Source of the DNA: an uncultured Candidatus Saccharibacteria bacterium
GTDB taxonomy: Bacteria; Patescibacteriota; Minisyncoccia; Portnoybacterales; UBA2143
Direction of reading: 5' to 3'
DNA: 64,000 bases
Assembly (NCBI GenBank): GCA_964413015.1
Contig: CAYPQZ010000008.1
Span: forward strand, 37,387 to 101,386
The notes under the pieces were generated by a model that was not told the origin of the DNA, made no database searches, and was given only the letters and a program-made list of their open reading frames with translations. The position numbers and the translations under genes are program-made. Numbering within the stretch: position 1 is the first letter of the stretch; every line of letters starts with the position of its first letter. Of this stretch, positions 1-8,039 are shown piece by piece.

Positions 1-266
1 TTCCAAATGCCGGCGCTCGTTTGGATATCTATTGATAACAGAGTTGACAGAGTAGCTCCTAGAAAAATTAACAAAATTGGATAAGAAATAGAAAATGTTA
101 GACCTTTAGCGTCTAACATTTTTTGTATCAGCCAAAGCAAAAATAATCCATAAATCATTAATTCTAAAAGAGTTACCGGAATCCAGCCAATTTTAAAACG
201 GATTAAATAAAGCGGGAGGGCAAGAATAATCAGGCAAGAAGTAAGATGGGTGATTTTTTGAAGCAT
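1..266 (-). CDS. Partial CDS (N-terminal ~88 codons; gene continues off the left edge): polytopic membrane protein, O-antigen ligase/polymerase-like paralog of the next gene
   Basis: Reverse-strand ATG at 266 opens a frame reading MLQKITHLTSCLIILALPLYLIRFKIGWIPV..., which is hydrophobic and resembles the N-terminus of the 350..1636 protein. It is not in the ORF track because it is truncated by the window edge. Confidence 0.35.
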   Translation of the reverse strand, partial: MLQKITHLTSCLIILALPLYLIRFKIGWIPVTLLELMIYGLFLLWLIQKMLDAKGLTFSISYPILLIFLGATLSTLLSIDIQTSAGIW

Positions 267-276
267 TCAACATGAC

Positions 277-338
277 GAGGACAGTCTTTTAAATGACGCC
301 CTTGTTCCAAGGGACATCATTTTAAGGACTGTCCTCTA
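277..338. repeat. Palindromic P element copy
   Basis: GAGGACAGTCTTTTAAATGACGCCCTTGTTCCAAGGGACATCATTTTAAGGACTGTCCTC. It lies between the stop of 350..1636 and the start of the truncated gene at 266. Confidence 0.7.
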
Positions 339-349
339 TTAGCTAATTT

Positions 350-1636
350 TTAAGAAATATCTTTTAGAGCACGTCCTTTTAAATGAGACATTCCCAGGAT
401 TACCATTATTAAAGCTAAGACACTAGGACTATAAATAGGTGTTTCAAAAAAACTATGAACTAAGAGATACGTTAAAGAACCAATTAGTCCAATTAGGATA
501 TATTTTTCTTTTTTATGGATTGTCTTTTTTAATTTTAAGAAGATTTGACCAATAGTTCCTAAAAACAACAATAGCCAGATAACTAGGGCGAAGATGCCCA
601 TCTCGGAAAGAATATCTAAATAGAGATTATGGGCGGTAACTGGATTGCGGTAATCAAATTGGGCGTCAACCGTTAAAGCATAATTGCCCAGACCAACGCC
701 CTGCCAGAAATTATCTAGGGCGATTTTGCCAGACTGGCTCCACATTTCCAGGCGTCCCATGTTTGACCCTTCGTTTAAATCAAAAGAAGAATAAAAACGG
801 TCGGCAATCGGAGTGACTGGGATGATGAAAATAAGCAAAACTGAAAGAATCAGTAGTGCCGTTTTTTTATTTCCCAAGTATTTGTAAATCAGAAAGGCCA
901 AAACTATAAAGCTGGTGACAATAGCAAAATAAGCTCCCCTGGCGAAAGTCAGTATTAATGCAAAAAACATCAGGCCAAAATTTAAAAATAGGACTTTTCT
1001 ACTCTTGATTAATAAGGCAAAAGTTATTCCCAGAGGAATGATTAGGCCTAAATAGAACGAGAAAATATGCGGGTCGGAAAAAAGAGAAAAAGTCCTCATT
1101 ACGGTTTGCCCATTAAGATTAACCAATAAACTGGGATAAGCTAAAATCATAGCTCCTAAATTAAATCCGGAGAAAATAGGAATTATATTAGTCGCCCAGA
1201 AAGAATAGAATTTTTCCAAACCAAAAATGAATTGGCATAGGAATTGCAATATGCCGATAAAGGAAAATAGCGCGGTGCTGTAAAACAAAACTGATATAAC
1301 CTTCTTTGTCCTTTCACAGTTATTGATTAAGCCAATGACTAGGAAATACAAGGGGAAAATAGAAGCAAAAAAAACTATTTTCCTTACCCCCCAGAAAATA
1401 TTTTCTGCGTTGATTAAGGAAACAATTGTTAAAGCCAGGAAAGTCAATAGGCAAATTGCGGGCAAATTCTTAAAGTGAAGTTTCGGCATCTTTTTATCAA
1501 TAATGTTTTTAGTCAGATAAAAAGCGAATAGCAAGAGGATAAAAATTCTTAATGAAGCCAAATCAAAACCGGGAACAAGGTTTAAAGCAATCTGGAAAGG
1601 AATATATGAAATTAATAAAAAAAGCCAAGCGTACAT
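350..1636 (-). CDS. Polytopic membrane protein, O-antigen ligase/Wzy-like polymerase family (about 10-12 TM)
   Basis: 428 aa, highly hydrophobic with multiple predicted TM helices and a large loop near the C-terminus, typical of the Wzy_C/O-antigen ligase family. It lies next to a Wzx-like flippase. Confidence 0.5.
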   Translation of the reverse strand: MYAWLFLLISYIPFQIALNLVPGFDLASLRIFILLLFAFYLTKNIIDKKMPKLHFKNLPAICLLTFLALTIVSLINAENIFWGVRKIVFFASIFPLYFLVIGLINNCERTKKVISVLFYSTALFSFIGILQFLCQFIFGLEKFYSFWATNIIPIFSGFNLGAMILAYPSLLVNLNGQTVMRTFSLFSDPHIFSFYLGLIIPLGITFALLIKSRKVLFLNFGLMFFALILTFARGAYFAIVTSFIVLAFLIYKYLGNKKTALLILSVLLIFIIPVTPIADRFYSSFDLNEGSNMGRLEMWSQSGKIALDNFWQGVGLGNYALTVDAQFDYRNPVTAHNLYLDILSEMGIFALVIWLLLFLGTIGQIFLKLKKTIHKKEKYILIGLIGSLTYLLVHSFFETPIYSPSVLALIMVILGMSHLKGRALKDIS

Positions 1637-1642
1637 AGGAGA

Positions 1643-3049
1643 TTATAGAAATTCTTGTCTGATTTTTTTAATTGAGAATTCGCCTAACATCCATAAGGCG
1701 GTGAAATAGGCTAAAGAAGTTAAGATGACTAAAACAAATACATTCCATTTAGGAATAAGACAAAATATAGCAATCATGAACAGACCGGCCAAAGAGCATT
1801 TTATTAAAGATTTGAAGCTCGGCAGTGTTTTGATAGACTTGTAAATGACCGCGGTCATTAGAACAGTAACGATTAATTCGGTTAAAATGGTCGTTCCGGC
1901 CGCTCCATAATATGAATATTTAGGAATGAGAATGAAGTTGGCCGTTAAATTAATCAAGGCGCCCAGACCGTAAATATAGGCTAGCCATTTTTGTTTTTTC
2001 AGAGAAATAATCATATTAGAAAAGAGAACTCCCAGGAAAATAATGCTGGCGGCAATTATTAAAACATTTAACACTCCGGCTGACAGGACAAAATCCTGGC
2101 CGGCAATTAAAACAACTATTTCATCAGAAAGGAAAAAGACGCCGATAATTAAGGGGACAGCAATGATTAATAAAAGATTTAAGGCTTCTTGGGTAACTTT
2201 TCTGAATTTTTCTCTGTTGGTAAAGGCGTATTTGGACATTAAAGGCATAATCAGACCGACAAACATTGCTGGAAAAAACAGCAGACTTTCCAAAAACTTG
2301 TAAGCTAAGTTGTAGATTCCAACATCAGCTAAAGGTTTCATTAAAGAGAGCATGATTGTGTCTAATTTGAAATAAATTACGGTGAAAATGATTGCCAAGG
2401 CCAGGGGAAGAGATTCTTTTAACAAGGAAAACCACAAAGGAAAATCAAATTTGAAGGAAATCCGAATATATTTTTGGCTAAATAAAAAAACCAAGAGGAA
2501 ATTAATTAAAGAACCGCCAACCAGGGCGCTGACAATGAATAGAAATCCGAGTTTCTGCCAAACAAAAAAGGCAACTATGCCTAATTGGACTGCTCGTCCC
2601 AAAAATTCCGCCAAAGCCACTTTATCCATCCGTAAATATTTTTGGAAGACACTCATTAAAACCTGGTGGTTGGACATTAGCCAGAAGCCGACTGCGCCGA
2701 TTAAAACGCCCAGTTTAATTTCCGTCTGATAAGGAAAAAAACAAACAATTATAGGCGCCAGACAGAAAATTAATAACCCGATAAAAAATCTTATGGTAAA
2801 AGCATTGCTGGCTATTTTGCTTTGGTTGGTTCCGTCTTTGGAAATCTCGCGCAGGCAGATTGAGTAAAGACCTAAATCGGCTAACACGGTGAAAAAATAT
2901 AGAAAAGCCAGAATAGTAGAATAATAGCCAAAGCCGGTTTGTCCCAAATAACGAGTTATAAAACCAACAATAATTAAAGAAAGGACTAGTCCAATGATTC
3001 TAGCCCCTATTGAGATAACTGTGTTATAAACTATTTTTCTTCCTAGCAT
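1643..3049 (-). CDS. Polysaccharide/oligosaccharide flippase (MOP superfamily, Wzx/MurJ-like)
   Basis: About 468 aa with 12-14 TM segments and an N-terminal motif (RKIVYNTVISIGARIIGLVLSLII) typical of the polysaccharide biosynthesis protein family. The ORF-track start at 3106 overlaps jag. The internal Met at 3049 abuts the jag stop and is the more likely start. Confidence 0.6.
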   Translation of the reverse strand: MLGRKIVYNTVISIGARIIGLVLSLIIVGFITRYLGQTGFGYYSTILAFLYFFTVLADLGLYSICLREISKDGTNQSKIASNAFTIRFFIGLLIFCLAPIIVCFFPYQTEIKLGVLIGAVGFWLMSNHQVLMSVFQKYLRMDKVALAEFLGRAVQLGIVAFFVWQKLGFLFIVSALVGGSLINFLLVFLFSQKYIRISFKFDFPLWFSLLKESLPLALAIIFTVIYFKLDTIMLSLMKPLADVGIYNLAYKFLESLLFFPAMFVGLIMPLMSKYAFTNREKFRKVTQEALNLLLIIAVPLIIGVFFLSDEIVVLIAGQDFVLSAGVLNVLIIAASIIFLGVLFSNMIISLKKQKWLAYIYGLGALINLTANFILIPKYSYYGAAGTTILTELIVTVLMTAVIYKSIKTLPSFKSLIKCSLAGLFMIAIFCLIPKWNVFVLVILTSLAYFTALWMLGEFSIKKIRQEFL

Positions 3050-3050
3050 G

Positions 3051-3509
3051 TCATTTTGCAGATAAGGATTTGATAATAACTTTTCGTTCCGTGCCATCGC
3101 CAACACTTTCGGTAGTTATTTGTGAATCGCCAGCCAAAGCTAAATGAATAACTCTTCTGTCATAGGCAGACATTGGACGAAGCGTTACAGCTACTTTTTC
3201 CGATAAAACCTGCTTGGCAACATCCTTAGCCAGTTCTCTCAAAAGTTCAATTCTGTATTTTTTGTAGTTGTTGACATCCAATACGAAATAGACAAGCTGG
3301 TTGCTTTTTCTGTTGATTATCATTCTGATTAAATGCTGCAAGGCCTCTAAATTAACGCCTGACTGGCCAATTAAAAATCCAGCCTGTTCTGTTCTAACAT
3401 TGGCCAAAATATTGTTTTTATCGGAGGCGTCAACTTCAACTTCGCCTTTGAAATTCATTTTATTCAATAAATCAATTATGGTTTCTTTAATAGTCTCTTC
3501 AAAATTCAT
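3051..3509 (-). CDS. jag: Jag/KhpB-like RNA-binding protein (KH + R3H domains)
   Basis: C-terminal R3H-like motif (RRVIHLALAGDSQITTESVGDGTERKVIIK). It sits in the conserved position downstream of yidC in the rpmH-rnpA-yidC-jag cluster. Confidence 0.7.
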   Translation of the reverse strand: MNFEETIKETIIDLLNKMNFKGEVEVDASDKNNILANVRTEQAGFLIGQSGVNLEALQHLIRMIINRKSNQLVYFVLDVNNYKKYRIELLRELAKDVAKQVLSEKVAVTLRPMSAYDRRVIHLALAGDSQITTESVGDGTERKVIIKSLSAK

Positions 3510-4234
3510 GATTTTTGTTCATCTATTCTAGTAAAGTATTGTTGGAAAATTCCAAATAAGGTTATCACTATCCAGTAAAGAGGCAGAGCGGCTGGCAGTC
3601 TCCAGGCAATAAAAACAGTTATCAGTGGCATAAAATAAGTCATTTGCTGGCTCATTAAAGAGGAAAAATCTAGACTGCCTATTTTCATTTTTTTCTGGCC
3701 GGCTATTTTTTTGGGCATAATCATTTTTGACTGGATAAATTGCAAGACGCCGGCTAAAATGGCTAACCCGATGCTTGCCTGGGAAAGGTTAATTATGTTC
3801 AGAAACATTGGGTCAAGGGATTCCGGCCGGCTGATAAAGCCGTAAAGACCGTTTAATTTTTGGGGGTCTAACCCGGTAAAGAAAACCCGGTAAAGGGCTA
3901 TCAAGATAGGCAATTGCATCAAAATGGGCAGGCAGCCGGACGCCGGATTTATTTTATGTTTTTTGTAAATTTCCATCATCATTTTAGCCTGCTCTTCTTT
4001 TTTATCCTTGTATTTCTTCTGAATTTTCTTTATTTCCGGTTGGATTTTAGCGATGGCTTTCTGTGATTGAATAGCTTTCTTAGAAAGGGGATAGAAAATA
4101 AGGCGAATTAGAAAAGTTAAAACAATGATTGAGACGCCTAAATCATGGCCCGGAATGACGTTATAGAACCAGACCAGAATATTAAATAAGGGGCGGTAAA
4201 GAACTTCATTGAAAATCGTAATTATTAGTTCCAT
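3506..4234 (-). CDS. yidC: Membrane protein insertase YidC (short Gram-positive/CPR type)
   Basis: 242 aa with 5 TM and conserved YidC/Oxa1 core motifs. It lies in the rnpA-yidC synteny and overlaps jag by 4 nt. Confidence 0.85.
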   Translation of the reverse strand: MELIITIFNEVLYRPLFNILVWFYNVIPGHDLGVSIIVLTFLIRLIFYPLSKKAIQSQKAIAKIQPEIKKIQKKYKDKKEEQAKMMMEIYKKHKINPASGCLPILMQLPILIALYRVFFTGLDPQKLNGLYGFISRPESLDPMFLNIINLSQASIGLAILAGVLQFIQSKMIMPKKIAGQKKMKIGSLDFSSLMSQQMTYFMPLITVFIAWRLPAALPLYWIVITLFGIFQQYFTRIDEQKS

Positions 4235-4238
4235 ATAT

Positions 4239-4580
4239 TTAAGGCAGCAGCTTGGCTTTTTTAAACAAACTGGCTAAATTTTCTTTTATTGCCTGATAAT
4301 CTTTTTCTTTTATTTCTGGATTAACCATAACAATTATATCAAACCCGGGCTTCATTTCTTCCAGTTTTAACCTAATTATTTCTTCCAAGCGTCGTTTAAT
4401 TTTATTTCTCTGCACAGCCCTTTTGGAAATTTTGAGACCGATTAAAAAGCCAAATCTGTTTATTGCTAAGTCGTTTTTTAATATTTTAATTTTAATAAAC
4501 TGTTGCTGAAAATATTTTCCCTGTTTGAACGTTTCCTTGAAATCGTTTTCTTCTTTCAGCTTGTATTTTCTGGGCAACAT
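4239..4580 (-). CDS. rnpA: Ribonuclease P protein component
   Basis: 113 aa, basic, with an RnpA-like core (FGFLIGLKISKRAVQRNKIKRRLEEI). It lies between rpmH and yidC. Confidence 0.8.
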   Translation of the reverse strand: MLPRKYKLKEENDFKETFKQGKYFQQQFIKIKILKNDLAINRFGFLIGLKISKRAVQRNKIKRRLEEIIRLKLEEMKPGFDIIVMVNPEIKEKDYQAIKENLASLFKKAKLLP

Positions 4581-4585
4581 AAAAA

Positions 4586-4720
4586 TTAAGCAGTTAGGGC
4601 TTTCCTTTTTTTTCTCCTTCGACTGGATAAAACACGACGGCCATATGAAGTGGCCATTCTTTTTCTAAAGCCGTGAGTTTTTTTTCTTTTTTTCTTTTTG
4701 GGTTTATAGGTGAAAGACAT
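4586..4720 (-). CDS. rpmH: 50S ribosomal protein L34
   Basis: Not in the ORF track (44 aa). Reverse-strand translation gives [44 protein letters not shown], matching the L34 consensus (KRTYQPS..KRK..HGFR.RM.T..GR.VL..RR.KGR). It is in the canonical position upstream of rnpA. Confidence 0.9.
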   Translation of the reverse strand: MSFTYKPKKKKRKKTHGFRKRMATSYGRRVLSSRRRKKRKALTA

Positions 4721-4857
4721 AGCTTTAGATTATCATTTTGAGCTGTAATAGTCAATTAAATAGGCTTTCCCCAAGTATTTCACAGTTTATTAACAAAACT
4801 CTATTTATTTATTTCATCATTGTGATACAATTAAAACATTAAAATTATTAAGGCATT

Positions 4858-6204
4858 ATGAACATCAAAGAGCTCTGGCGAACAGTTTTAGGGGAAATTG
4901 AATTGAATATTTCTAAGGCCAACTTTATTACTTGGTTTAAAAGCACCAAGATTCATTCAAAAAAAGATGGGCTGGTTACAGTCAGTACGCCGAATGGGTT
5001 TACCAAAGAATGGCTGGAGAATAAATACAATAAGCTCATTTTAAAAATTCTCCGTAATAACTCTTTGGATGTTAAAGATGTTAAGTTTATCATTGACGGG
5101 ACGTTCGTTCCAGAAGCTAAAAAAAAGCCAACCCCAGCTTTATCTGATAATCAACTTAACTTACGCGAATGCGCTCTTGATGGAGAAACGAACCTTAATC
5201 AGAAATATAATTTCAATAATTTTATCGTTGGCTCTTTTAATGAATTAGCCCAGGCAGCCAGCCGGGCAGTTGTTAAGCATTTAGGCACGCTTTACAATCC
5301 CTTATTTATTTACGGAGGGGTTGGCTTAGGCAAAACTCATCTTCTTCAGGCAATTGGCAATGAGTTAAACCAAAATCATCCATCTAAAAAGATTAAATAT
5401 CTCAGTTCTGAAAAATTCACCAGTGAATTGATTGATGCTATTTCCAAAAAGGGTATGGACGTCTTTAAAAAAAAATACCATAAAACAGATACGCTAATTA
5501 TTGACGATATTCAGTTTATTGCCGGGAAAGAAAAGACGCAGGAAGAATTTTTTAACGTTTTCAATGCGCTTTATCAGAAAAATAAGCAAATTATTATTAG
5601 CTCGGATCGTCAGCCTAAGGCGATTTCAACTTTGGAGGAGCGTCTGCGTTCCCGTTTCGAAGGAGGCATGATTGCTGATATCAGCTGTCCTGATTTGGAA
5701 AGCAGAATTGCCATTTTGCGGAATAAAGCTAAAGAGAAAAATATTAAGATTGGCGATGATGTCCTGAATTATATCGCCGCCAATATCCAGAAGAATATTC
5801 GAGAATTGGAAGGGGGCCTTAACAGGATAATTGCTTTTACTCAGATACATGGGGTTGATCCGGATATTAAAACAGTCTCTAAAATATTGTCTCAGATAAT
5901 TAATGCCCCTAAGAAAATGACCAATTTAAAAACGATTATTAAGGTCGTTTCCGATTTTTATGACGTTAATAGCAGTGATTTGATAAATCATTCTCGAAAA
6001 AAAGAATTGGTTAAACCGCGACAGGTGAGCATGTATTTAATTCGAAAAGAATTAAACGGCTCCTATCCTTTTATTGGTGAAAAATTGGGCGGCCGTGACC
6101 ATACCACGGTAATCTACGCTTTCCGTAAGATAGATAGAGAGGTCCAGAATAGCGAATCTTTCCAACATGAAATAAATTTGATAAAAGAACGGTTGTATAA
6201 TTAG
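4858..6204 (+). CDS. dnaA: Chromosomal replication initiator protein DnaA
   Basis: 448 aa with an AAA+ Walker A (GGVGLGKTHLLQAIGN), sensor motifs and a C-terminal DNA-binding helix (VKPRQVSMYLIRKEL). It is divergent from rpmH and followed by dnaN. Confidence 0.95.
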   Translation: MNIKELWRTVLGEIELNISKANFITWFKSTKIHSKKDGLVTVSTPNGFTKEWLENKYNKLILKILRNNSLDVKDVKFIIDGTFVPEAKKKPTPALSDNQLNLRECALDGETNLNQKYNFNNFIVGSFNELAQAASRAVVKHLGTLYNPLFIYGGVGLGKTHLLQAIGNELNQNHPSKKIKYLSSEKFTSELIDAISKKGMDVFKKKYHKTDTLIIDDIQFIAGKEKTQEEFFNVFNALYQKNKQIIISSDRQPKAISTLEERLRSRFEGGMIADISCPDLESRIAILRNKAKEKNIKIGDDVLNYIAANIQKNIRELEGGLNRIIAFTQIHGVDPDIKTVSKILSQIINAPKKMTNLKTIIKVVSDFYDVNSSDLINHSRKKELVKPRQVSMYLIRKELNGSYPFIGEKLGGRDHTTVIYAFRKIDREVQNSESFQHEINLIKERLYN

Positions 6205-6206
6205 TA

Positions 6207-6273
6207 TTTCGTATCTTGCCCGCCTACAACGCTTTAAGCGTAGCGATTATGGGCAGGTATCTCGTATATTAGT
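6207..6273. repeat. Structured element in the dnaA-dnaN spacer (repeat family R2 copy)
   Basis: GTATTTCGTATCTTGCCCGCC...ACGCTTTAAGCGT (perfect palindrome)...GGGCAGGTATCTCGTAT. It has flanking near-direct repeats TATTTCGTAT / TATCTCGTAT. Confidence 0.5.
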
Positions 6274-6293
6274 TATTATTTATTACAAAAAAT

Positions 6294-7430
6294 ATGCAAA
6301 TAATTTGCCTGCAGGAAAATTTAAAATACGCTTTAAACATTGTTGAGCGGATTATCGGCAGGAATTTAACTTTGCCAATACTTAATAACCTTCTTCTGTC
6401 AGCCGAAAAGAATAAATTGAAAATATCTTCAACCAATTTGGAAATAGGCATCAATTGCTGGGTGTCGAGTAAGGTTCAAGCTAAAGGAAGTATTACGGTG
6501 CCGGCCAGATTAATCAGCGAGTTTGTTAATAACTTGCCTAATAAAAAGATTGAGTTGAAAACTAAAGACGGGAACTTGGAGATAAAATGCGAAAAATTCA
6601 AAGCGGTCTTCAAGGGTCTGCCGGCTGATGATTTCCCACTTATCCCCAAAATTAAAAACGATCCTTTGATAAAAATCCAAGGCAATCATTTAAGAAACGC
6701 TTTCTCTCAAGTGGTAGAAATGTCTTCTATGTCCGAATCAAGGCCTGAAATTTCCGGTATTTTTATGAAATTTGAGGATGGCTCAATTAGGCTGGCGGCC
6801 ACCGACAGTTTCCGGCTGGCCGAGAAGACTCTTCGCCTCGACCCAAATTCATTGAGCAAAGTTTCTAAAGAGCAATCTTTAATTATCCCTCAAAGAACTA
6901 TCCAGGAATTAATCAGGATTCTTTCAGAAAAAGACGGCTTGGCTGACAAACAAGAAACAGAAGCGGAAATAGTTTTATCAGGTGGCCAGGCACTGTTTGA
7001 TTTAGGTCAGACTCAGGTTATTTCCAGATTAATTGACGGCCAATATCCGGACTATCAGCAGATTATCCCTGACAAAACTCAAATACAGGTAGTGGTTAAT
7101 CGTCAGGAAATTATTAATAATATTAAAATAGCCAGTTTATTCAGCGGAAAAATTAATGACGTCAAGATTTCTATAAACCCCGAGAAGTCATTAATAGAAA
7201 TTTCTTCAAAAGATATTGATATTGGGGAGCATAAATCCCAGATTAAAACGAAAATTGAAGGCAAGGCGAAAGTCGAAATTATCTTCAATTACCGATATCT
7301 TCTAGATGGGCTCAATAACATCTTAAGCGACAAGGTTGTTTTAGGATTAAACGACAGTGCCAGTCCGGTAACCGTCAGGCCGGTTGGCGATACCAGCTAT
7401 ATCTATCTCGTCATGCCAATTAAGGTTTAG
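6294..7430 (+). CDS. dnaN: DNA polymerase III beta sliding clamp
   Basis: 378 aa with three-domain clamp architecture, starting MQIICLQENLKYALNIVERII. It is immediately downstream of dnaA. Confidence 0.9.
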   Translation: MQIICLQENLKYALNIVERIIGRNLTLPILNNLLLSAEKNKLKISSTNLEIGINCWVSSKVQAKGSITVPARLISEFVNNLPNKKIELKTKDGNLEIKCEKFKAVFKGLPADDFPLIPKIKNDPLIKIQGNHLRNAFSQVVEMSSMSESRPEISGIFMKFEDGSIRLAATDSFRLAEKTLRLDPNSLSKVSKEQSLIIPQRTIQELIRILSEKDGLADKQETEAEIVLSGGQALFDLGQTQVISRLIDGQYPDYQQIIPDKTQIQVVVNRQEIINNIKIASLFSGKINDVKISINPEKSLIEISSKDIDIGEHKSQIKTKIEGKAKVEIIFNYRYLLDGLNNILSDKVVLGLNDSASPVTVRPVGDTSYIYLVMPIKV

Positions 7431-7450
7431 AACGGATATTCGATTGTTTT

Positions 7451-7487
7451 AAAAAGCGGAGTGTGATGCTCCGCTTTTTATTTTTTA
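7451..7487. terminator. Bidirectional rho-independent terminator between dnaN (+) and the 7478..8038 gene (-)
   Basis: AAAA + GC-containing hairpin AGCGGAGTGTGATGCTCCGCT + a T-run of 9 or more. The A-tract on the other side allows termination in both directions. Confidence 0.55.
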
Positions 7488-8038
7488 TCTCCTTGCTTCA
7501 AGAAATTTATTATTGATTGGTAAATTTTATCAGATTTTGGATGATAATGTTTTTGAGTTTCTAAACATTCAATTATTTGAGAATGGAACATTTTCAAATA
7601 ATTTTCTTGGTCTATTCCGTCTAAAGGATTGCTAGTCTTGCCTGCAAGAAAATTATTATAAGCTCTGCCCCATCTTGGCATATCATATTTAACTAAGACT
7701 CTAGGCATTTTGTTATAGTCAATAATTTGCCCTTTATCGTCGTGCTCTATGACCAAAGGCTCTTTAATAATCTTTTTTATTTTCTCTTTTTGTCTTTCAG
7801 GGTCTGATGTGTCAGTAATGTCAATCGCTAATCTTGAACCGTTTGATAAGTCCATAATTATGTCAAAGCGACCTTCTATCTGATCATCGTACTTTGAACT
7901 TTCTTGAATAGATTCGCATCCCGGGATATTTTCGAGAACGTTAGCGACCATTTTTTCTCCAGCATCGTTGCCGAATTCTTTAGGATATTCTTTGATTTGG
8001 GCATCTTTTTGAGGAAAATTTTCAAATGCGTTTAACAT
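7478..8038 (-). CDS. Hypothetical acidic protein, co-operonic with PBP1A
   Basis: 186 aa ORF, 1 nt downstream of the PBP1A stop on the same strand. I recognised no family. Confidence 0.4.
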   Translation of the reverse strand: MLNAFENFPQKDAQIKEYPKEFGNDAGEKMVANVLENIPGCESIQESSKYDDQIEGRFDIIMDLSNGSRLAIDITDTSDPERQKEKIKKIIKEPLVIEHDDKGQIIDYNKMPRVLVKYDMPRWGRAYNNFLAGKTSNPLDGIDQENYLKMFHSQIIECLETQKHYHPKSDKIYQSIINFLKQGDKK

Positions 8039-8039
8039 A

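Noticed and set aside
93-125. Near-perfect hairpin AAAATGTTAGAC-CTTTAGC-GTCTAACATTTT resembling a bidirectional terminator
   Set aside because: It lies inside the open reading frame of the truncated minus-strand membrane-protein gene (1..266), where it encodes ...QKMLDAKGLTFS..., so it is unlikely to act as a terminator.
2043-2729. Plus-strand ORFs (86 and 115 aa) inside the flippase gene, plus many other 60-140-aa ORFs antisense to large genes (e.g. 11405-12274, 20233-20829, 30864-32552, 41104-41892, 46208-47698, 53545-54770)
   Set aside because: They are fully embedded antisense to well-supported conserved genes, have low-complexity or odd composition, and have no RBS or start context. They are typical shadow ORFs.
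4721-4857. DnaA boxes in the rpmH-dnaA spacer
   Set aside because: Only weak matches to TTATCCACA (TTATCATTT, TGTGATACA) were found. I did not call specific boxes.
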